Assembly (NCBI GenBank): GCA_038108555.1
Contig: JAYNIA010000003.1
Location: 60,088 to 124,087 of the forward strand
DNA length: 64,000 nt
Reading direction: 5' to 3'
Source of the DNA: Nitrospinota bacterium
GTDB lineage: Bacteria > Nitrospinota > Nitrospinia > Nitrospinales > VA-1
Shown piece after piece: positions 17,015-26,956 of this stretch. The translations under genes and the position numbers were made by a program. How positions within the stretch are numbered: the stretch's first letter is position 1; each line of letters starts with the position of its first letter. The notes beneath the pieces are model-generated. The model saw only the letters and a list, made by a program, of their open reading frames with translations. It did no database searches and was not told the origin of the DNA.

Positions 17015-19909
17015 TTAATTTCTTTCCAGGCCTGCAAAACCACTGGTACCAAATTCCTGCAATCCAAACCCGGCATTGCCAATAAATCCACCCATTTGTC
17101 TGGCAAAAATTTTTATTGAATCCATCCTATTTTCAATTCCAGAACCCACGACTCTTTCCGATCCAAGAACAAGTGCCCTAATATTTTGAAGCTCATGAGT
17201 AGGTGGATTTATTTCAATGATGTCCCCTTTTTCTATTTCCATATTGTCTAGAAGCAGTGAAATTTCATAAACATCCCTGGGTTCCTTAAACTCATGTAAA
17301 TAAAAATTTCCAATATCTTTGGCCATGGGTTGGTCCCGGATCCAGTTAAAGTCAAACCCGTGGGGATTTTCTTTAATTCCAAATTTTTTTTGGGACTCCA
17401 TATCAAATAAATTTTCAACCGCCTGAAAATTATCCCCTACCCAGTTTCTTTTAAACTTGAGAACAATATAGTTAACAACATTACTAACCGGGTTACGCTT
17501 TGCCTTGAATCCAATTACCCCATTGGGATCAATTAAAACCATATTGTTGGGAATAATTTTGTTTATAGCCGTTTCTGTTGTAGAAAAATTTAAGGGGCGA
17601 AATAAAATTTTTGCCTGCCCAAGGTCCCAGTAAAAATAAGCCCGGCATTCCTTCCCCCATTGTTGCCACAACTCCTGGTAGGAAATCTTTTCCTTCAAAA
17701 TACCCGCAAAGGAGTAACCCGAATTTTCAAACAAAACCCCAGCCTGATCCATGAAAGTAGCATCAATGTTAGAGGAATCCAATCCCAACCCTTGAACCAG
17801 AGACCATTTATAAACATGGTCGGGACGCTCGATCAGCGAATTTTGGACTCCGGTAATGCTTCCCGACAAGTCATCTTTAACCCCTTCAATGGTAGCGGAG
17901 ACATTATCGGTAAATTCAATTCGTCTTCTTGCATATTCTATTTCGTAAGCCAGATGAACGATGAAAGCAGTTCTTCCATCACTTGATCCGTTATATTGAA
18001 TCTGACTCTCCCGGTTTTTAAACCAGGCCCAATCTCCATTCACATGGGAAGAAATATCAATTAAATCAACAACACTTCGGGTAGCTTTTTCAGCAGTAGA
18101 ATTTACAGAGGGACTTGAAGAGTGAGCGGTTATTTCTCCTGCCTTTGAAGTAAAAGTATTTGTTGCTTGTGAAGAAACCGAATCGGGGGTTGCCATGGTA
18201 ATAACCCGGGTGGCTGATCGAATATAAAAACTAATAAAAGTAGTATTGTGGCTAATTACAATTGTATTGCAGGCGTTATTAATGTTTCCCCCGGTGGTAT
18301 AGTTCTGAGCGGTTCCGCTTATGGACCAAAGCTGATAACCGAACGATCCGTTACATTGCGAAGTCGCAGATACTGCCTTGAAAGATCCACCTGATGCTGT
18401 TCCAGTCCATTCAAAAGCGATTCCATATTCTGCGGTATCCCAAGTACCCGGTCCCGGATCAGCGAAAGTAATAGTATGTGTTTGACCCGACGACAATGAT
18501 ATTACCTGCCCGCCTACACCGGATAATGCATTCTGAGTAATCTTTTGCGGGTTAGCTTCTGTATGTTGATGTTCCGGATCGCTGATAGGAAACCCCAATG
18601 TGTCCAAATGAGTATGAGTGATATCCGTCGTACCGCTTGCCACAATGACATCATCAACAGCGGGAGGTGACAAGGTTCCCACCTGACCGATACCAGAAAT
18701 ATGTGCAGTTAAACTATCATTGGGTAATTTTTCCTCAACAAAATGCTCGACCCTTAAAAATACTTTTCCAATTTCCCCAATTCTGGGCAAATCATCCGTT
18801 TGATTTAAAGAAAGTAAATTATTGTTCTGGTTGATTTTTGCATAATTTGTAGGGCTATTGGGTATGGCAGCATTTATGGGATCAACAGCATTATTACCCG
18901 TGCCTACCTGATCGTTTTGCACCTGAAGGAATTTGGTGTCAATGGAATCCGATTTTTTAGGTTTGGAGCTGAAAACCACTTCTCCCAGATTTACATCCGT
19001 CACATAATCCAGGGGGTCGGCAAGATGCCCATCCACTTTCACATTGGAAATTTGTTTTATGGGAAAGGCAGGGTCACTGAATAAATAGCGATGATCTGAG
19101 ACTTTTTCCAACACGGAATCATCCGCGTAATGAAACTCATTAATCCCACTGCATCCCAAAAACTGGGTTGAATTGATACTTGAATAATTAATTTCATCAT
19201 CATTGACTATTAAAGTCCCCGAAGGAGGGAAGTTCTCAGTCGAGGCCACGGTTAAAATCGTGCCTCCTGGAATAGCCACTGAAGTTAAAATTGTTTTTTG
19301 GGATTTTCGAACTAAAACGCCGGGGGCATTATCAATATTCCCAATAACAATAGGTTTGGTTTTTCCCAGTGAATTTTCCGGAGCATTTGGATAGTCACTC
19401 AGATTGATGGAATTCCCAATAATATTCGCCCCATAACTTTCTGAAATATCGATTAAATCAAAGGAGCAAATGGATTCATCAAAATTAACAGGGTCTCCTA
19501 TACGAGCCACGAAAATTTCTGCAAAATCTGAACTCGCTAAACCTTCACCATCAAACCATTGGTAAATCTTAACAATTGCCGATTCAGGAGGACGATGGCG
19601 GAACAAATTTGAAAACCTTTTACCCGAACCAATGAAATTTACAGGCGTATTGACAAGTTGAACTGTTAAACTACTTCCGGAATTGTTTGACAAAATATCG
19701 GAGGAAATCAGCCTGTCAATATTACCCATATCCTTTACTAAGGGAAACCAATCAACTCCATCGATATTTATTCCATCCCGATCTGTCAACCGCAGTTGCA
19801 GGGCTGGCAGCCCATTTATTTCTGGCCAATCTATTTGCATGAGATTAACCGGAGCATTCGCTTTTTTGTTTCGGGCTGCATTTAAACCTGTTGTAAAATC
19901 CGTTCTCAT
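17015..19909 (-). CDS. large tail / host-specificity protein (964 aa)
   Basis: Size and position after the small distal-tail genes. Two HxH motifs (THTH, HQH) lie at residues 431-449. Confidence 0.6.
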   Translation of the reverse strand: MRTDFTTGLNAARNKKANAPVNLMQIDWPEINGLPALQLRLTDRDGINIDGVDWFPLVKDMGNIDRLISSDILSNNSGSSLTVQLVNTPVNFIGSGKRFSNLFRHRPPESAIVKIYQWFDGEGLASSDFAEIFVARIGDPVNFDESICSFDLIDISESYGANIIGNSINLSDYPNAPENSLGKTKPIVIGNIDNAPGVLVRKSQKTILTSVAIPGGTILTVASTENFPPSGTLIVNDDEINYSSINSTQFLGCSGINEFHYADDSVLEKVSDHRYLFSDPAFPIKQISNVKVDGHLADPLDYVTDVNLGEVVFSSKPKKSDSIDTKFLQVQNDQVGTGNNAVDPINAAIPNSPTNYAKINQNNNLLSLNQTDDLPRIGEIGKVFLRVEHFVEEKLPNDSLTAHISGIGQVGTLSPPAVDDVIVASGTTDITHTHLDTLGFPISDPEHQHTEANPQKITQNALSGVGGQVISLSSGQTHTITFADPGPGTWDTAEYGIAFEWTGTASGGSFKAVSATSQCNGSFGYQLWSISGTAQNYTTGGNINNACNTIVISHNTTFISFYIRSATRVITMATPDSVSSQATNTFTSKAGEITAHSSSPSVNSTAEKATRSVVDLIDISSHVNGDWAWFKNRESQIQYNGSSDGRTAFIVHLAYEIEYARRRIEFTDNVSATIEGVKDDLSGSITGVQNSLIERPDHVYKWSLVQGLGLDSSNIDATFMDQAGVLFENSGYSFAGILKEKISYQELWQQWGKECRAYFYWDLGQAKILFRPLNFSTTETAINKIIPNNMVLIDPNGVIGFKAKRNPVSNVVNYIVLKFKRNWVGDNFQAVENLFDMESQKKFGIKENPHGFDFNWIRDQPMAKDIGNFYLHEFKEPRDVYEISLLLDNMEIEKGDIIEINPPTHELQNIRALVLGSERVVGSGIENRMDSIKIFARQMGGFIGNAGFGLQEFGTSGFAGLERN

Positions 19910-19934
19910 ATATTTTCCTAACAGAAAAATGCAT

Positions 19935-20252
19935 TCAATTTATTGCGTTATGGCCTAGTTTCATAAACTCGAGCTTGTCATCCAACGTCATGGACATGGA
20001 ATTGATTCTTTCATCTATATCTTCCCTTACACGTCTTTTCAGGATTTCCATCAATTTTTCTTTCCAATTTTCTTGTTGACGGAGCTGCATATAGAAATCT
20101 GATCGGAGGGTTATGGATTTAACAAATGCCAGGCTGCCATCCTTAAAAAATACACGTACTGGAAAATTTTGACGCTGACCTATTTCCTGAATTTCCTCTA
20201 CATCTATTTGAAACGAAAAATCCCCGGGAGTGCAGTTCTTCCAATCCAACAT
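19935..20252 (-). CDS. hypothetical tail-module protein (105 aa)
   Basis: ORF in operon context only. Confidence 0.45.
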   Translation of the reverse strand: MLDWKNCTPGDFSFQIDVEEIQEIGQRQNFPVRVFFKDGSLAFVKSITLRSDFYMQLRQQENWKEKLMEILKRRVREDIDERINSMSMTLDDKLEFMKLGHNAIN

Positions 20253-20261
20253 CTTTATCTC

Positions 20262-20642
20262 CTATTGTTTATGCAATTCTATCGAACCTGAGTACTTTCC
20301 AAATACAACCAACTGAAAATCAAAAGCGTTCATCCATCTGACCGTGTGGAGGTTAGCCTCCCTATCTTCAAATTCAAAAAGCTCAAATGACTTTTTAACC
20401 GTTTCAAAAAAACTCAATGCAGCATTCCGTTCGCTTTGACTTATATTGCTGAATAAAAACAGGAACGTTTCACGCTTTACCCCTTTTTCCTGAATATAGA
20501 TAGTCCCACCAGAAGTAACAGCCTTAATCTGTTCAGGAAAGTCAACCGGTTCAATGGCTGGATAATCGGGCATTTTTGTAGGAACCCATTGAGCTATCGG
20601 GGATACTTTTGTAGGAAAATAAAAACCAAAACTCATGAACAA
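20262..20642 (-). CDS. putative distal tail protein (126 aa)
   Basis: Position immediately after the tape-measure candidate. Confidence 0.4.
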   Translation of the reverse strand: MFMSFGFYFPTKVSPIAQWVPTKMPDYPAIEPVDFPEQIKAVTSGGTIYIQEKGVKRETFLFLFSNISQSERNAALSFFETVKKSFELFEFEDREANLHTVRWMNAFDFQLVVFGKYSGSIELHKQ

Positions 20643-20734
20643 ACTCCAATTAATGCTATCCGCTTGCGAGTAAAAGGATTAAAACTATTTTTTCTGGATG
20701 GAGCGAAGGAAAGGTTGATTCTAAAGTTTAATAT

Positions 20735-21499
20735 TTATTTTGATCTTCTTCTTTCAAGGCGGCGCAACTCATCCTGCAATTGAACGGCAAGCTGGCGAAA
20801 ATTCTGTCGACTCATGTTGGAAGGGCTCACAGAATCAGGAAGATTTAAATTGATATTTACATTTTTAATTGCCATTCCGGTGGTGTTACCCAACCTTCTT
20901 TCTTCAGCTTGGGTTTTATTTAGAACGGCTTCATCTTTGTATATTATTGCCAACATATCCCTGGGAACGCGGTCAATCCCAGTGGAAAACGCCTTTAATG
21001 AGCCAAAAGTATCAAATCCCCCGGGGTTGACTGAAGTCCCATCAAAGGCACCTGGGTTTGCTGAAGATTCGTCTTTATCTATATCAAAATCACTATCGTT
21101 TGAACCTTTAGAGCCAATTTTTTTAACTTTTATTTTTTGAATAATGGGCTTTGAAAAAGTTTTTTCGATTTTCTTTCGAATTTCCAAGGCCTCTTCTGTT
21201 GCTTTATCTACCAATTCAAGGTGTAGCAAAAATGGATTTTGAGCTTGAAAACTCCTCAATAACACTTCGATCTCCCTCAATTGATCGCGAACATTTGGAG
21301 GTAAAATTTGAAACTCAATTGGTTCGGCGTTTTCTAGATCTTTTAATAAATCAGCAATTACTTTAAATCCTTTATCATTTTGAACGCGATTAATCCCTTC
21401 CAATGCCTTTTTGTAGTTTTCAAGGGATTTTTGGGCTGATTCAGTAAACTGATCCTCAAACCTAACAACAATTTTAGTGTTTACAGTTGTTGAAACCAT
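20735..21499 (-). CDS. candidate (unusually short) tape-measure protein, 254 aa
   Basis: Position after two small chaperone-like ORFs. Helix-rich N-terminal half and a Gly/Asn-rich centre. No other long ORF lies between the tail tube candidate and the distal tail genes. Confidence 0.35.
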   Translation of the reverse strand: MVSTTVNTKIVVRFEDQFTESAQKSLENYKKALEGINRVQNDKGFKVIADLLKDLENAEPIEFQILPPNVRDQLREIEVLLRSFQAQNPFLLHLELVDKATEEALEIRKKIEKTFSKPIIQKIKVKKIGSKGSNDSDFDIDKDESSANPGAFDGTSVNPGGFDTFGSLKAFSTGIDRVPRDMLAIIYKDEAVLNKTQAEERRLGNTTGMAIKNVNINLNLPDSVSPSNMSRQNFRQLAVQLQDELRRLERRRSK

Positions 21500-21525
21500 A
21501 AAGAAGTACCAGAAATCATTTAATT

Positions 21526-21795
21526 TTAATACGGTTGCGATTTATTTAATCGAAAATTATCCATAAAAGCCATTGCTTTCCATTCAAAAATACTTAGATC
21601 ATTCTTTTCGAAAGGATATCCAGCCTTTTTTAGCAAGTACATAGTTTCCAGAGTCCCGACCCATGTTCGAAATTCATGAGGGTAGTTTTCAAGAATTTTT
21701 TGTGCCGGATGATTCAGGATATTCCATTCGGGGTTTTCAGTTTCTTCATAAACACGGCTTAAAAATTTCTGATACGCTACTTCCAGTTCCGGCAC
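21526..21795 (-). CDS. putative tail assembly chaperone (89 aa)
   Basis: Position only. Confidence 0.35.
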   Translation of the reverse strand: MPELEVAYQKFLSRVYEETENPEWNILNHPAQKILENYPHEFRTWVGTLETMYLLKKAGYPFEKNDLSIFEWKAMAFMDNFRLNKSQPY

Positions 21796-21815
21796 ATTTT
21801 CCTGAAAGTAGCCTA

Positions 21816-22211
21816 CTAGTTTTTTAAAACAGCATTTTCCATTTTTCCATTCACCCCCTCAAAAACCAGAGCTGCAGCATGCTTAAAGGATGGCAACACA
21901 AATTTTTTCCAATCAGGGGTTTTGGGGGTTAAAGGTTTTTCCATGCCCTTAACTGGGTCTGTAAAAACGGCTTCTCCAATATTGCCCTCCTTATCCTTTA
22001 CTTTTATATCCAGCAGCAACCGGTCAATAAAATCGATGCGCGCTGAGGAAGAGTGATCTTCCATCAGGTTTCCAGAGGTTCCAAATTTAAATCTCGATCT
22101 TAGAAAATTACAATATTCTTCCGATGTTGAGTTTCTTAGAATCAGAAGGACTTTAATTTCACCATAAGGGATTTCTATGTTTACAGTCCCGGGGTTAAGA
22201 TTTACTTTCAT
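21816..22211 (-). CDS. putative tail assembly chaperone (131 aa)
   Basis: Position only. Confidence 0.35.
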   Translation of the reverse strand: MKVNLNPGTVNIEIPYGEIKVLLILRNSTSEEYCNFLRSRFKFGTSGNLMEDHSSSARIDFIDRLLLDIKVKDKEGNIGEAVFTDPVKGMEKPLTPKTPDWKKFVLPSFKHAAALVFEGVNGKMENAVLKN

Positions 22212-22228
22212 CCTGGCCTCTCCATTGA

Positions 22229-23272
22229 TCAGCTTAAATAATGAGTTTGCTGGTTAATTATTTTTACAATCACCGATCCATATGTTTCATCTTCCAACAC
22301 CTGAAATTCGGCATTTACAGTAACAATATCTCCATCTCTATCTTTCTTTGCTTCTTTATAAACAACTTTTGGGAAAACAATGTCACAGGAAAAATTAAAA
22401 GTCCCCGATCCGCCTGATATAACCGACCCGGTAATGGGAATATTTAAAACATATGGGGTACCATTAATAAGTCCTGTTTTATGGGAGTCGTCTTGCATCT
22501 CCAATACAGCAGACAGACTCTGCTTGTATTTGTCACCACGTTCAACTCGCGATACAAAACCGCTTCCATCTCCCATTTCATAAATGGGATTTGCCTGATT
22601 ATCAATAGTCCATTCAAAAGACTGTAAGTCTCCCTGAAACGAAACCGGTGAACCCCCTACCGAAAGATCCCCTGCTGCAACGGAACCTGTGAGAGAACCG
22701 CCGCGAGTAAAATTCACATCGCCGTATCGGAGGTAAGATTCTCCGACAACCGTGGGTTTTAAATCAGAACTGAATTCTTCTTTTCCCATCCCTCCAAATT
22801 GAGCTTCCAGCTTTACAAAATCTCCCCTTTCACCACTTACTTTTACGGACTTGCCAAATAACCCGGTAAACCGTTTTGCTGCTATTCCATCATATTCCAC
22901 CATTGTCAGCGAGGGCAGGTTGATGTTATCCAAATCTCTTTCTATAAAATGCCGGTAAACGGTTGGATCATTGATATTATCCGGTTGATCTGTGGTCACC
23001 TTTCCCATAACCAGGGAAAGAAAATGAGCCAGGTTGTGGGGCATGGCGCGTTGTTGGTGACTTCCATCTAACTTCCAATTCAAAATTTCCTGGATTGCGG
23101 GTTCATTGAGCCCCGTTACCTCATTTTCATCAGTTTGAACTTCATTTGGATGAAGATCGGTAATGGGCCCTTCAAAATTGAATGCTGTTCCCAGGGTAGC
23201 TGTATTCCCATAAGAAGATTCTTTAATTATAGAAAATACGCGCCACCCAGTAGTTATTCTTTTGGTTGCCAT
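22229..23272 (-). CDS. putative major tail (tube) protein, 347 aa
   Basis: Position between the head-tail joining genes and the chaperones. Strongly expressed-looking ORF. Confidence 0.4.
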   Translation of the reverse strand: MATKRITTGWRVFSIIKESSYGNTATLGTAFNFEGPITDLHPNEVQTDENEVTGLNEPAIQEILNWKLDGSHQQRAMPHNLAHFLSLVMGKVTTDQPDNINDPTVYRHFIERDLDNINLPSLTMVEYDGIAAKRFTGLFGKSVKVSGERGDFVKLEAQFGGMGKEEFSSDLKPTVVGESYLRYGDVNFTRGGSLTGSVAAGDLSVGGSPVSFQGDLQSFEWTIDNQANPIYEMGDGSGFVSRVERGDKYKQSLSAVLEMQDDSHKTGLINGTPYVLNIPITGSVISGGSGTFNFSCDIVFPKVVYKEAKKDRDGDIVTVNAEFQVLEDETYGSVIVKIINQQTHYLS

Positions 23273-23329
23273 AAAATAATCCTCGAACTGTATAGGAAGA
23301 ACATCCTTCCCTTATTATTTTTTGAATTA

Positions 23330-23800
23330 TTAGAAAGAGGAGATTAATTCTATTTGTGCGGTGATCGTCGAAATAAAATAATAATATTCACCTTTTTTGA
23401 ATTGTTCCTCCGTGGTACTTACATTATTGACGAAGGCATCTATTCCCAAGTTATTTGTTGAGCTTTTTTGTTTTTCTAAAACTCGTTCAATGTTTTGAAC
23501 CAATGAAAGGTTATCCTCCATCCCCATTTGTGCGTTTCGATGCCGGGTTATTGCAACCACCTGAGCTGAAACTGTTTCTTTTATTTCATTGGTGGTTTGG
23601 ATTTCCTGCTGCTTCCCCTCTGAATTTGGCAAAATCGCCAGGGCAGGTAGGTCATTAGGAGCATAGAAAAGAGAATCTTTTTCATTTTGGATTGAAAACC
23701 CGCGTTTAAAAGTTTCTATGGTTTGAACGTTATTGGTTATCCATGGATCGTTTTCCAATGTGGTTTTGATGCCATTCGCTAAAGCTGCATAATCAGTCAC
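23330..23800 (-). CDS. putative tail terminator / head-tail joining protein (156 aa)
   Basis: Position only. Confidence 0.35.
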   Translation of the reverse strand: MTDYAALANGIKTTLENDPWITNNVQTIETFKRGFSIQNEKDSLFYAPNDLPALAILPNSEGKQQEIQTTNEIKETVSAQVVAITRHRNAQMGMEDNLSLVQNIERVLEKQKSSTNNLGIDAFVNNVSTTEEQFKKGEYYYFISTITAQIELISSF

Positions 23801-23817
23801 AAATTTTCCTCCAAAAG

Positions 23818-24300
23818 CTAAATTTGCTTTGTTCCAAATTCTTTTTTAAGAGCCTTTTCCATTTTTGTTTTGGCCTGAAGTGAAGCAGTTTCAACTGCAT
23901 TTCCCAAAACTCTAAAAGGGGGTGTGCCAGGATGGTTGAATTGTTTTACAGGATGCTTGGCCCCCGGCCAGAACAAATATTTCTTTTTCCTGGCTCGAAT
24001 AATATGAGGTCGGCTTCCAAATTCAAGAATTGGAGCGATAGGAGAATTGCTTTTCAAATATCCAGTAGAAAAAGATAGGGCATCTCCTTCTATAAATTCA
24101 GAATGAATAGATTGAAAATATTTTCCCGTTCTCATTCTGGGTTTTTTATCCTGGGAAAGAATTCGTTCCTTTGCAATACTTTCAGATTGATTTATTAACA
24201 TGCGACCCATTTCTCGGGCTGCATTTTGGACCCCAAAGGACAAACTCTCTAGCCATTTCCATAATCTTTCAAAGGATTTTATTTTATTATTAATGAACAT
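23818..24300 (-). CDS. HK97 gp10-like head-tail joining protein
   Basis: TGKYFQSIH...PIAPILEFGSRPHIIRAR resembles the gp10-family core (TG.l..Si....yA..vEfG). Confidence 0.55.
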   Translation of the reverse strand: MFINNKIKSFERLWKWLESLSFGVQNAAREMGRMLINQSESIAKERILSQDKKPRMRTGKYFQSIHSEFIEGDALSFSTGYLKSNSPIAPILEFGSRPHIIRARKKKYLFWPGAKHPVKQFNHPGTPPFRVLGNAVETASLQAKTKMEKALKKEFGTKQI

Positions 24301-24308
24301 AATATTAT

Positions 24309-24944
24309 TTAGAGCTGGACTAATCGATAAGGTTCCCAGAGCATCTTAACCAATGGTGGAAGAGGTATTCGGTTCATTTCCAATAACCCCGGGGTCGATT
24401 CATCGGATTCAAATAGTTTGGATTTATTGGAAAAAATAAGTTTTATCCAATGCAGCATTCCCTGTTTGATTCCTTCTGGAACATCGCTTACTAAAGATCC
24501 GTAGCCAGAAACAAACTCAATTTCAACGGAGCTAAATTTCCTAAGGCTTGTAGGCCAAGAACTATTTTCATTTAAGGCTATCCTTCCAGGAGAAGGAGCC
24601 GTATCGACAAAATAGTTTTCCGCATCAAAAACAGAAGCAATATTTCCCGTATCGTAGGTCTTGATAAAAACAACGGATTGAATGGGTGGCCTTGGGATAA
24701 CAATTATTCGCTCATTCAAATTGCCTGACCTGCCTTCACATCTAAAAGGAAGATGGTCAAGCCATAGTGTCCAAGTTTGGGTAATAAAGGATCTTCCGGT
24801 CCATTCTTCAGCCCGTTGGCGAACCGCAGTAATCATCGAAGATATTAAGTCGTCATTGTTTCCATCATCAATCCGCAGATGATTTTTCGCTTCCACCAAT
24901 GAAACCGGTTCAATAGAAGGTTGGGTTTTTATTTTTAGAGCCAT
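24309..24944 (-). CDS. head-tail connector (gp6-like, Phage_connect_1 type)
   Basis: LVEAKNHLRIDDGNNDDLISSMITAVRQRAEEWTGRSFITQTW is the typical N-terminal signature of this family. Confidence 0.7.
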   Translation of the reverse strand: MALKIKTQPSIEPVSLVEAKNHLRIDDGNNDDLISSMITAVRQRAEEWTGRSFITQTWTLWLDHLPFRCEGRSGNLNERIIVIPRPPIQSVVFIKTYDTGNIASVFDAENYFVDTAPSPGRIALNENSSWPTSLRKFSSVEIEFVSGYGSLVSDVPEGIKQGMLHWIKLIFSNKSKLFESDESTPGLLEMNRIPLPPLVKMLWEPYRLVQL

Positions 24945-24959
24945 AATTTGTTGATCAAC

Positions 24960-25154
24960 TTATTTTCCGGTTTTTGTTCTTTTATTTTCTGGAGCTTTTC
25001 CCAGATTTTTAGATTGAATCTTTTTTGCCCAGCGTTTGCGAAGAAAAACCTTGGCCAACTCTTCTGGAAGATCAACGGTATCTTCTGCGCAATAGGTGAA
25101 AACAGAGATACCATCGGGGGAACCCTGGCGAGTTTTCAACATTTTAATTTTCAT
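24960..25154 (-). CDS. small hypothetical head-module protein (64 aa)
   Basis: ORF fills the operon gap. No homology evidence. Confidence 0.3.
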   Translation of the reverse strand: MKIKMLKTRQGSPDGISVFTYCAEDTVDLPEELAKVFLRKRWAKKIQSKNLGKAPENKRTKTGK

Positions 25155-25215
25155 AAAGAATCCAAAAGATGAGGGTAATTCCTTTCCCAGAAAATGGGAA
25201 AGGAACTAAGGAATA

Positions 25216-25593
25216 TTAATTAACAGGTGCCAAGTGAGGAATGCCGCGAATTATCATCGCGGCGACCTGGGCACCGGTTGTAGCGCCGACAACGGTTAAC
25301 ACCGCTCGCAGGTAGCGTTTGCTTCCCTTGTATCCAACGCGCTGATTGGTATTAGAAACCAGGTCCACCAAAGACCCTTCCTGGTCATTGGCATTGACAT
25401 CGTTCCAGTTGGAATTATCATCGGATTCCTGAATCTTTGGTGTATGAGTACCATCCGTGACCGTACCAACACTAAAAACTATGGCCGAGGCCCGGAAATC
25501 CCTGATATCGACCCCGGCACCATTTTCATCTGCAATATAGTCATCAGGATCAATTGAATTGATCGCATCAAAATTGTTTTTCATATCTTTCAT
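25216..25593 (-). CDS. hypothetical capsid-associated protein (125 aa)
   Basis: Immediately downstream of the major capsid gene. Acidic. Confidence 0.45.
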   Translation of the reverse strand: MKDMKNNFDAINSIDPDDYIADENGAGVDIRDFRASAIVFSVGTVTDGTHTPKIQESDDNSNWNDVNANDQEGSLVDLVSNTNQRVGYKGSKRYLRAVLTVVGATTGAQVAAMIIRGIPHLAPVN

Positions 25594-25639
25594 TTGATTC
25601 TCCGTTATTTTTTTATGTATTTTTCCTTCAAAAAAACGA

Positions 25640-26836
25640 TTAGGCAGCAGTTTTCTGAATTGCGAAGGCTTCGAAATTCGTTACATCGCCCCCGGTGCGC
25701 TTCGTTGTATAAAATAAAACGAAGGGTTTTGAACTAAAGGGATCTCGAAGAACCCGCAGTCCCATTCGGTCCACAATGGTATAAGCCTGACTGAAATCAC
25801 CGAAGGCAACGGACAAAGAATTTGGGGCAACCTGAGGCATATCCTCCATGCGTTCAATGGCATGACCCAATAAAGTTTGAGGTTCGCCTTCCTGAAATCC
25901 TGGCTGCCAAATATATGAACCGCTGGAATCTTTGAGTTTGGAAACTTCTTCGATCGCACTTCGAGACATCAACCATTTGGCGTTGGGTACGTAGGGACTT
26001 TTTAAAGCATAAAACAAAGTTCGCAATCCGTCGGCGGTCAAGGAGCTGGCATCTCCTGTATTGATCTGTTGAACTTCCCCTGGATTATTTGTTCCCCCTG
26101 CATAAGTGAGAATTCCCCTTGGTTTTCCAACTCCGTCACCGTTGATATAAGAAGCGTTTTCTATGCGTGACATTTTGTCCGCAATCTTCATGGATAACCA
26201 CATTTCAACATCAATTCGGGAATCATCTAACAAGGTTTGCGTGGCCTTTGGCATAGCATATAGTTCGTGGACCGGAATCCGACGAACTCCAATTTTTGGG
26301 GTATTGGTTTCGGTTCGTGCGGCCCGTTCACTGGTCCACCCGCTGTCTGCTTCGTTTAGATCTTCCGGGATTTCAAGTGCATCCGTGGAGATCGTTTCCA
26401 CCGTTGCAATATTACGCATGGGCGAAGTTTCAAAAACTTTTTGAATGGCATGCTCTGAAATTTCCGGGGTCATCCAATAACCTCCATCCGGATCGCTATC
26501 AGAGGAAAGTAATTTCACCTCCTCTGCAGACAATAGTCCCTCCCCTTTACGCAGATAATTCGTAATGGCCTGTTTTCTGGTTTGAGAAAGTGGATCCGAA
26601 TTTTTTGTTTCATCCATAGCTATTCCCGGACGACTCAATTTAGTTTCAACTTTCTCTATCCGCTCCTTAACCTCGCTCAGATTTTGGATTTCCTTTGCAA
26701 TCCGGTTGACTTGTTCCTCTAAAACAGGGTCGGCATATCCCTTTTTCTGAATTTCAGATAGACGTTGGTCATTCTTTACCCTATGTTCCAAAAATGCCTG
26801 GTTCAGCTCTTCAACAAGTTGCTTTATTTCTTCCAT
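25640..26836 (-). CDS. major capsid protein, HK97 family
   Basis: 398 aa. N-terminal coiled-coil delta-like domain, then a pattern typical of HK97-fold MCPs. AAGGAGAG RBS. Gene order is portal-protease-capsid. Confidence 0.85.
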   Translation of the reverse strand: MEEIKQLVEELNQAFLEHRVKNDQRLSEIQKKGYADPVLEEQVNRIAKEIQNLSEVKERIEKVETKLSRPGIAMDETKNSDPLSQTRKQAITNYLRKGEGLLSAEEVKLLSSDSDPDGGYWMTPEISEHAIQKVFETSPMRNIATVETISTDALEIPEDLNEADSGWTSERAARTETNTPKIGVRRIPVHELYAMPKATQTLLDDSRIDVEMWLSMKIADKMSRIENASYINGDGVGKPRGILTYAGGTNNPGEVQQINTGDASSLTADGLRTLFYALKSPYVPNAKWLMSRSAIEEVSKLKDSSGSYIWQPGFQEGEPQTLLGHAIERMEDMPQVAPNSLSVAFGDFSQAYTIVDRMGLRVLRDPFSSKPFVLFYTTKRTGGDVTNFEAFAIQKTAA

Positions 26837-26956
26837 ATTGAACTCTCCTTAAAAAAGAAACCCCCGCCAGACCTTCCATGAAATGCCATATATAATAATG
26901 AACCTTTTCATTATTTTTGGCCCAAACGAGGGGAATAATAGTTAATTTCTAATAGA

